Position numbers and translations under genes: made by a program. Positions 58,609-64,000 of a DNA stretch of 64,000 nucleotides are shown here, piece by piece. The stretch is from a candidate division Zixibacteria bacterium RBG_16_53_22 (lineage in GTDB: Bacteria > Zixibacteria > MSB-5A5 > UBA10806): the NCBI GenBank assembly GCA_001775395.1, contig MEWP01000131.1, forward strand, positions 16,350 through 80,349, given 5' to 3'. Each line of letters opens with the position of its first letter. Positions within the stretch are counted from its first letter, which is position 1. Under the pieces are notes generated by a model, which made no database searches, was not told the origin of the DNA, and saw only the letters and a list, made by a program, of their open reading frames with translations.

Positions 58609-61236
58609 TTAACCAATCTTATCGGCGACCCCGGAGGCCTCCGAGTGGAATTTTAGCCCGTCGATATCAGCGTCCACCACTATCCTGGAGCCGGGCGCGA
58701 CATTCCCCGCAAGAATAAGATTGGCCAAATGGTCTGTCAAGGTCCGTTTTATGACACGCTTCAGAGGCCTGGCCCCGAATTGGGGATCATACCCCTCTTT
58801 GGCCAGAAACTGCCTGGCCTTCTCTGTCAATTCAACCGTATGGCCATTTGCCAGAAGTCTGCCTTGCACGTCGGCGAATTCCAAATCGACAATTTTTTCG
58901 ATTTCATTTTCGGTCAACGGCTTGAATACGACAATTTCATCAATCCTATTCAGGAACTCCGGGCGATGCGAGATGCGCAACAGACCCAATACCCGCGATT
59001 TGATATTTTCATAAAGCCTGGCCGGATCGCTTGAGCCCGATATCCGATATTCATTCATTATCAGGTCGGAACCGAGATTCGATGTCATGATGAGAATCGT
59101 ATTCCGGAAATCAACCGTGCGGCCCTGACTGTCGGTCAAGCGGCCGTCGTCGAGAACCTGCAGGAGTACATTGAATATGTCCTGGTGCGCCTTCTCGATC
59201 TCATCGAGAAGAATAACGGCATATGGGCGGCGCCTGACAGCCTCGGTCAGTTGGCCCCCTTCCTCGTAGCCGACATATCCCGGCGGCGCGCCGATCAGCC
59301 TCGATACGGAAAACCTCTCCATATATTCCGACATGTCTATCCTGACGAGGGCTTCCTGCGAGCCGAATAGAAACTCGGCGAGGGTCTTGGCCAGCTCGGT
59401 CTTGCCGACTCCGGTCGGCCCCAGGAATATGAATGAGCCGGTTGGGCGGGTCGGGTCGGAAAGTCCGGCGCGCGAGGAGCGAACAACCTGGCTTGTGAGC
59501 TTGACCGCCTCATCCTGGCCGATTATGCGGCGATGCAGATATTCCTCGAGATGCAGCAACTTGTCCGTTTCGGTTTCGGTTAAGTGCGTGATCGGGATAC
59601 CGGTCCATTTGGAGACGACCTCGGCAACGTCTTCCTCGTCGATTTCCTCCTTGACCATCTTGCGTTCTCTTTGAACCTCGGCCAGCTCGGCGGATTTCCT
59701 GGCGATCTTACCCTCGATCTCGCTGGTCTCTCCGTAACGAAGCCTGGCCGCGGTTTCGTAGTCTGCCCGGCGAATCGCCTCCTCGATTTCGAACTTTATC
59801 TTTTCCTGCCGCTCCTTGAGGGAATTTAATTCCGAAACCAACTTCTTCTCCTGCTCCCATTGCGACTTGAGCTGGTCGCGTTCCTTGTATAACTTGTCGA
59901 GTTCCTCCTGGAGCGCTTTGAGCCGAGCCTGGGCGTTGCGATCTTTCTTCATTCCCTCCTTCTCGACCTCGAGCTGGCGAGTCTGCTTCACGATTGTATC
60001 GAGTTCCTCCGGCATCGAGTCGATCTCGAGACGGACATTGGCCGCGGCCTCGTCGATCAGGTCGATGGCCTTATCCGGCAGGAATCGATCGGTGATATAT
60101 CGATGCGACAGTTGCGCGGCCGCCACTATGGCGCCATCGGTGATCCTTATCCCATGATGAATCTCGTAGCGATCTTTGAGACCCCGCAGAATCGAAACGG
60201 TGTCCTCCACCGACGGCTCGGCTACGAGAATCGGAGCCAGGCGACGTTCCAGGGCCGGGTCCTTTTCGATATTCTTGCGATATTCATCGAGAGTGGTGGC
60301 GCCGATCATGTGAAGCTCGCCGCGGGCCAACGCCGGCTTTAGCATGTTGGAGGCATCGAGCGCCCCCTGGGCGGCGCCCGCGCCGACTATGGTGTGGAGC
60401 TCATCGACAAAGAGGATTATCTCGCCGTTTGACTTTTCCACCTCTTTGATAATCGCCTTGAGGCGTTCCTCGAATTCGCCGCGGAATTTGGAACCGGCAA
60501 TCAGCGCCCCCATATCGAGCGCCACGATACGTTTGGATTTCAACGACTCGGGGATCTCACCCTGAGCAATCTTGAGCGCCAGACCCTCGGCGATAGCGGT
60601 CTTGCCGACTCCCGGCTCACCGATCAACACCGGATTGTTCTTGGTTCGCCGCGAGAGAATTTTGAGTACCCGACGAATTTCATCGTCGCGGCCGATTACC
60701 GGATCGAGCTTCCCCTTCTTGGCCAGCGCGGTAAGGTCGCGCGAGTATTTGTCGAGGACCTTGTATTTCGATTCGGGGTTTTCATCCGTCACGCGTTGGT
60801 TCCCCCTGATTTTGGTCATGGCGGCATAGAGCTTGTCTCGCGTGAGGCCCAGTTCCGAGAGAATCTGCGAGGCCTTGTCGGATTTGACATCGACCATGCC
60901 GATCAGAATATGTTCGACCGAGATGAATTCGTCTTTGAGGCGGTCGGCCTCGGATTGAGCCGCCTGAAGAATCCTCTGCAGGTCGGGCGAAATGTACAAT
61001 TGATGTTGGCCGGAAATTCGGGGCAGCATCTCTATCTCATCGTCGACCCTGGTCAACAAGCGGTTGCTGTTTACTCCCGCCTCCGCTAGCAGGTCGCCGA
61101 CTATCCCCTCGTCGCTGGTGAGCAGGCCTTTCATCATGTGCAGGCCGGTGATCTCGGCGTGCGATTTGGAATCGGCCAATTCCTGGGCATATTCCAAGGC
61201 CTCGCGCGAGCTCTGTGTCAATTTTTCCAGGCGCAT
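58609..61236 (-). CDS. clpB: ATP-dependent chaperone ClpB
   Basis: 875 aa with two AAA+ modules ([20 protein letters not shown]) and the long middle coiled coil characteristic of ClpB. Confidence 0.95.
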   Translation of the reverse strand: MRLEKLTQSSREALEYAQELADSKSHAEITGLHMMKGLLTSDEGIVGDLLAEAGVNSNRLLTRVDDEIEMLPRISGQHQLYISPDLQRILQAAQSEADRLKDEFISVEHILIGMVDVKSDKASQILSELGLTRDKLYAAMTKIRGNQRVTDENPESKYKVLDKYSRDLTALAKKGKLDPVIGRDDEIRRVLKILSRRTKNNPVLIGEPGVGKTAIAEGLALKIAQGEIPESLKSKRIVALDMGALIAGSKFRGEFEERLKAIIKEVEKSNGEIILFVDELHTIVGAGAAQGALDASNMLKPALARGELHMIGATTLDEYRKNIEKDPALERRLAPILVAEPSVEDTVSILRGLKDRYEIHHGIRITDGAIVAAAQLSHRYITDRFLPDKAIDLIDEAAANVRLEIDSMPEELDTIVKQTRQLEVEKEGMKKDRNAQARLKALQEELDKLYKERDQLKSQWEQEKKLVSELNSLKERQEKIKFEIEEAIRRADYETAARLRYGETSEIEGKIARKSAELAEVQRERKMVKEEIDEEDVAEVVSKWTGIPITHLTETETDKLLHLEEYLHRRIIGQDEAVKLTSQVVRSSRAGLSDPTRPTGSFIFLGPTGVGKTELAKTLAEFLFGSQEALVRIDMSEYMERFSVSRLIGAPPGYVGYEEGGQLTEAVRRRPYAVILLDEIEKAHQDIFNVLLQVLDDGRLTDSQGRTVDFRNTILIMTSNLGSDLIMNEYRISGSSDPARLYENIKSRVLGLLRISHRPEFLNRIDEIVVFKPLTENEIEKIVDLEFADVQGRLLANGHTVELTEKARQFLAKEGYDPQFGARPLKRVIKRTLTDHLANLILAGNVAPGSRIVVDADIDGLKFHSEASGVADKIG

Positions 61237-61307
61237 AATTTATTTCCCCCTGAATTCCAAAATCCCTTATCTGGATAACATGAGAAACGGATAAGGCAAT
61301 GTTCCCC

Positions 61308-62444
61308 CTACTTTTTCAATCCTATCTTGTCGCCCATCTCCTCGAGCATTTTCTTTTCTTCGTCAGTCATCTTTTGAGGAATCTTAATTTCGATTTCGAC
61401 AATCTGGTCGCCTTTACGGCCATTCTGTGTCAGGCCGAAACCCCTCATGCGAAACCTGGCGCCGGTCCTGGTGCCAGGCGGGACCTTCAATTCGACCTTC
61501 TTGTCGGTTATGGTGCGAACCCTGATTTTCGTTCCGTGGACCGCCTGCGCGATATTGATAGGAACCCGGCAATAGATATCGAGGCCCTCGCGCCAGAAGA
61601 ATTGATGCTGGGTGATATTGACCTGCAAATACAGGTCGCCGGGCGGGCCGCCATTGGTTCCGGGATTGCCGAGCCCTTTAAGCCTGATATTCTTTCCATT
61701 CTCGATGCCTGCAGGAATCGTGACCGCAATTTCGCGCGGCCGGCGGACAGTGCCTCTGCCGGCGCAGGTCGGGCAGACCTCGGTGACTATCTGGCCCCGT
61801 CCCAGGCACTTTGGGCAGGGACGAGATACCGCGAAATTACCCTGCACAAAACTGATTGTGCCTCTCCCCTGACATTCGGGGCAGGTCTTCGGCGCCGAGC
61901 CCGATTTGGCGCCGGTGCCGCGGCATACGGAGCATTGCTCGCTGACATTGACACGAACGGTCATCCTGCCACCTGTTGCAGCGGTTTTAAATGGCACGTC
62001 GACCTCGCTATAGAGATCCTCTCCTTGCGCGGCTCGCCTCCCCCGCGCGCCAGGCATGCCGGCGCCGGGCCTATCGCCGAATAAGGACGAAAATATATCC
62101 GCGAACGAGCCGAATCCTCCGAACTCGCCGAAAATCGAGGAGAGATCCTCGAAATCAACTCCCCCCTCGGTCCCGGCTCTCGGCCTGGCCCCTCCCCTGC
62201 CGAAACCTCCATAATCGCCAAGTCCTCCGGCTCCGTATTTCCGCATCTGATCGTACTGACTGCGCTTTTGCCTGTCGGAGAGAACGTCGTACGCCCCCGA
62301 AATCTCCTTGAATTTGTTCTCGGCCTGCTTATTTCCGGGATTGGTGTCGGGATGATATCTCTTGGCCAGTTTGCGATAGGCTTTCTTTATCTCATCGTCG
62401 TTGGCGGTTTCCGGAACGCCGAGTATTTGATAAAAGTCTTTCAT
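61308..62444 (-). CDS. dnaJ: Chaperone DnaJ
   Basis: J domain with HPD, G/F-rich region and four CxxCxGxG zinc-finger repeats. Confidence 0.95.
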   Translation of the reverse strand: MKDFYQILGVPETANDDEIKKAYRKLAKRYHPDTNPGNKQAENKFKEISGAYDVLSDRQKRSQYDQMRKYGAGGLGDYGGFGRGGARPRAGTEGGVDFEDLSSIFGEFGGFGSFADIFSSLFGDRPGAGMPGARGRRAAQGEDLYSEVDVPFKTAATGGRMTVRVNVSEQCSVCRGTGAKSGSAPKTCPECQGRGTISFVQGNFAVSRPCPKCLGRGQIVTEVCPTCAGRGTVRRPREIAVTIPAGIENGKNIRLKGLGNPGTNGGPPGDLYLQVNITQHQFFWREGLDIYCRVPINIAQAVHGTKIRVRTITDKKVELKVPPGTRTGARFRMRGFGLTQNGRKGDQIVEIEIKIPQKMTDEEKKMLEEMGDKIGLKK

Positions 62445-62697
62445 TGTTCGATCACGATCTTCCCCCTGATGGAGTTACCTCAGACTTCAATAATAATATC
62501 ATGCGCAGATGAAATGGCATAAATACGTATACCGAAATCGAGACGGGATAAATCGCCAGTCTGCTGTTGAGCTCTTCGATTGCCATCGAAGCCACCCTGT
62601 CCAACGATAATAATGGAATCCAACCCCTCACCGTGGTGGTGACAAATACAACCGCCGGGCCGGCCAACTCCAGACGCTTGCGGATTACCACGCACGT

Positions 62698-62726
62698 ATT
62701 ATAGCGGCAATTCAGACAAATGACAA
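62698..62726 (-). promoter_or_regulatory. Near-consensus sigma-70 promoter upstream of dnaJ
   Basis: Minus strand TTGTCA-N17-TATAAT, about 250 nt upstream of the dnaJ ATG. Confidence 0.4.
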
Positions 62727-62856
62727 GGGGCAGACGCGGGGGTCTGCCGCCCAAGTGAACGTGCGCTCGCTTCTTAATCCCTGCCGCGCCAAGCGGCATA
62801 GTCGGTCCTTGCACGATCTTAGAGGTGGTTCTAAATCCGCCTCCAATTTAGGCCTG

Positions 62857-64000
62857 TTACTTGACGACCTCGTAATCGGCGTCGACAGCGCCGTCGCCTG
62901 ATCCGCCACCATTTGCCGGGCCCTTGTTCGATCCTGCTTGTCCAGACCCTTGGCCGGCGCCCTGAGCCTGATACATCTTCGCCGAAATCTCATGCCAGGT
63001 TGACATGAGCGCCTCGGAGGCCGATTTTATCTCCTCTGCCTGCTCGCGCTTGACCGCCTCCTTGAGCCGGTTAAGCGCGGCCTCTACCCTCGATTTCGAG
63101 TCGGTGTCGATCTTGCCCTCGTACTCCTTGAGTTGCTTCTCTGTCTGATAGATCTCCTGGTCGGCGCGATTCTTTGTCTCGGTCTTCTCTCTGATGGCCT
63201 TGTCCTCGGCGGTATGAGCCTCGGCGTCCTTGACCATTTTTTGAATCTCCTGCTCGGAGAGCCCGGAAGATGCCGTAATCCGAATCGACTGCTCTTTACC
63301 AGTGGCCTTATCCTTGGCCGACACATTCAGGATGCCGTTGGCGTCGATATCGAATGTGACTTCGACTTGGGGCATGCCTCTCGGGGCGGGCGGGATACCG
63401 TCAAGTGCGAACCTGCCAATCGTCTTATTGTAGGCTGCCATTTCGCGCTCGCCCTGGAGGACATGGATTTCCACCGACGTTTGATTGTCGGCGGCGGTGG
63501 AGAATATTTCCGATTTGCGGGTCGGGATAGTCGCGTTACGTTCGATCAGCTTCGTAAATACTCCGCCGAGCGTTTCGATTCCCAGCGACAGCGGAGTCAC
63601 GTCAAGCAACAGCACGTCCTTGACATCGCCGGCTAACACGCCGCCCTGAATAGCGGCCCCGATGGCCACAACCTCATCGGGATTCACTCCCTTGTGCGGT
63701 TCCTTGCCGAAAAGCCCGCGGACCGTTTCCTGTACCTTGGGCATCCGAGTCATACCACCGACAAGCACCACCTCGTCGATATTAGAGGCCGAAAGTTTGG
63801 CGTCGGCAATGGCCTTCCTACACGGCTCCACCGTCCGCTCGATCAAATCCTCCACCAGTTGCTCGAGTTTCGATCGTGTCAATGTGATATTCAGGTGACG
63901 AGGACCATTCTGGTCGGCTGTGATGAACGGCAGGTTTATGGATGTTTCGAGCGTGGTTGAAAGCTCGATCTTGGCCTTCTCGGCGGCCTCCTTAAGCCTC
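62857..64000 (-). CDS. dnaK: Chaperone DnaK (C-terminal part; N-terminus lies beyond the window edge)
   Basis: The frame is open to the window edge. It reads ..[47 protein letters not shown].. through to ..EVVK. Confidence 0.95.
   Translation of the reverse strand, partial: RLKEAAEKAKIELSTTLETSINLPFITADQNGPRHLNITLTRSKLEQLVEDLIERTVEPCRKAIADAKLSASNIDEVVLVGGMTRMPKVQETVRGLFGKEPHKGVNPDEVVAIGAAIQGGVLAGDVKDVLLLDVTPLSLGIETLGGVFTKLIERNATIPTRKSEIFSTAADNQTSVEIHVLQGEREMAAYNKTIGRFALDGIPPAPRGMPQVEVTFDIDANGILNVSAKDKATGKEQSIRITASSGLSEQEIQKMVKDAEAHTAEDKAIREKTETKNRADQEIYQTEKQLKEYEGKIDTDSKSRVEAALNRLKEAVKREQAEEIKSASEALMSTWHEISAKMYQAQGAGQGSGQAGSNKGPANGGGSGDGAVDADYEVVK

Noticed and set aside
62452-62814. 120-aa minus-strand ORF in the dnaK-dnaJ spacer
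   Set aside because: No SD or start context and low-complexity sequence. It spans the predicted promoter and hairpins, so it is probably non-coding leader.
62445-62856. CIRCE (TTAGCACTC-N9-GAGTGCTAA) or HAIR operator between dnaK and dnaJ
   Set aside because: Neither consensus is present. Only an unrelated AT-rich inverted repeat and a GC hairpin were found.
1-64000. CRISPR arrays, IS elements, integrases or prophage genes
   Set aside because: No regularly spaced direct repeats and no transposase, integrase or recombinase-like ORF were seen anywhere in the window.

Overview
This 64 kb window looks like a bacterial chromosomal segment. GC is moderately high, there are no rRNA genes, CRISPR arrays, transposases or integrases, and about 90% of the genes are on the minus strand.

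Most of the content is conserved housekeeping:
- M16 peptidase pair, an Icd/LeuB-family dehydrogenase, xseA, folD, a ymdB-like phosphoesterase, rny and zapA.
- The classic thrS-infC-rpmI-rplT-pheS-pheT block.
- pta, prfB with its programmed +1 frameshift, and tyrS.
- A class A PBP, yjbQ, ftsY, smc, rodZ, maf, dtd, clpB, dnaJ and a partial dnaK.
- Two tRNAs, both on the minus strand: tRNA-Pro(GGG) and tRNA-Val(GAC).

Five regions look accessory or more interesting:
1. A type IX secretion (T9SS) mini-locus: a lipoprotein, a BNR-repeat cargo protein with a T9SS C-terminal sorting domain, and two tandem PorV/PorQ-like outer-membrane paralogs.
2. A three-gene minus-strand operon encoding an SPFH/band-7 protein with a triple zinc ribbon, a 465-aa protein built from a duplicated zinc-ribbon module, and a Ppx/GppA phosphatase. 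Immediately upstream sits a nested GC-rich inverted-repeat element next to tRNA-Pro.
3. A flagellar and signalling regulatory stretch:
   - Around 27-30 kb: HDOD, FlgM-like, CsrA and FlgN-like genes plus a sigma-28-type promoter.
   - At 31.1-35.8 kb: a PilZ (YcgR-like) gene and an operon of two receiver proteins, a mini MCP-like protein, a GAF histidine kinase and a His-less GAF pseudo-kinase.
   - At 36.0-39.8 kb: fliA next to a MinD/FlhG-like ATPase with a degenerate P-loop, no FlhF, and an unknown 418-aa protein.
4. A 1484-aa secreted S8 subtilase carrying a dockerin-like C-terminus.
5. Several unusually long non-coding gaps (30.3-31.1 kb, 50.3-50.8 kb, 4.4-4.85 kb) rich in hairpins.

All calls rest on motifs I can recognise by eye; no database searches were run.
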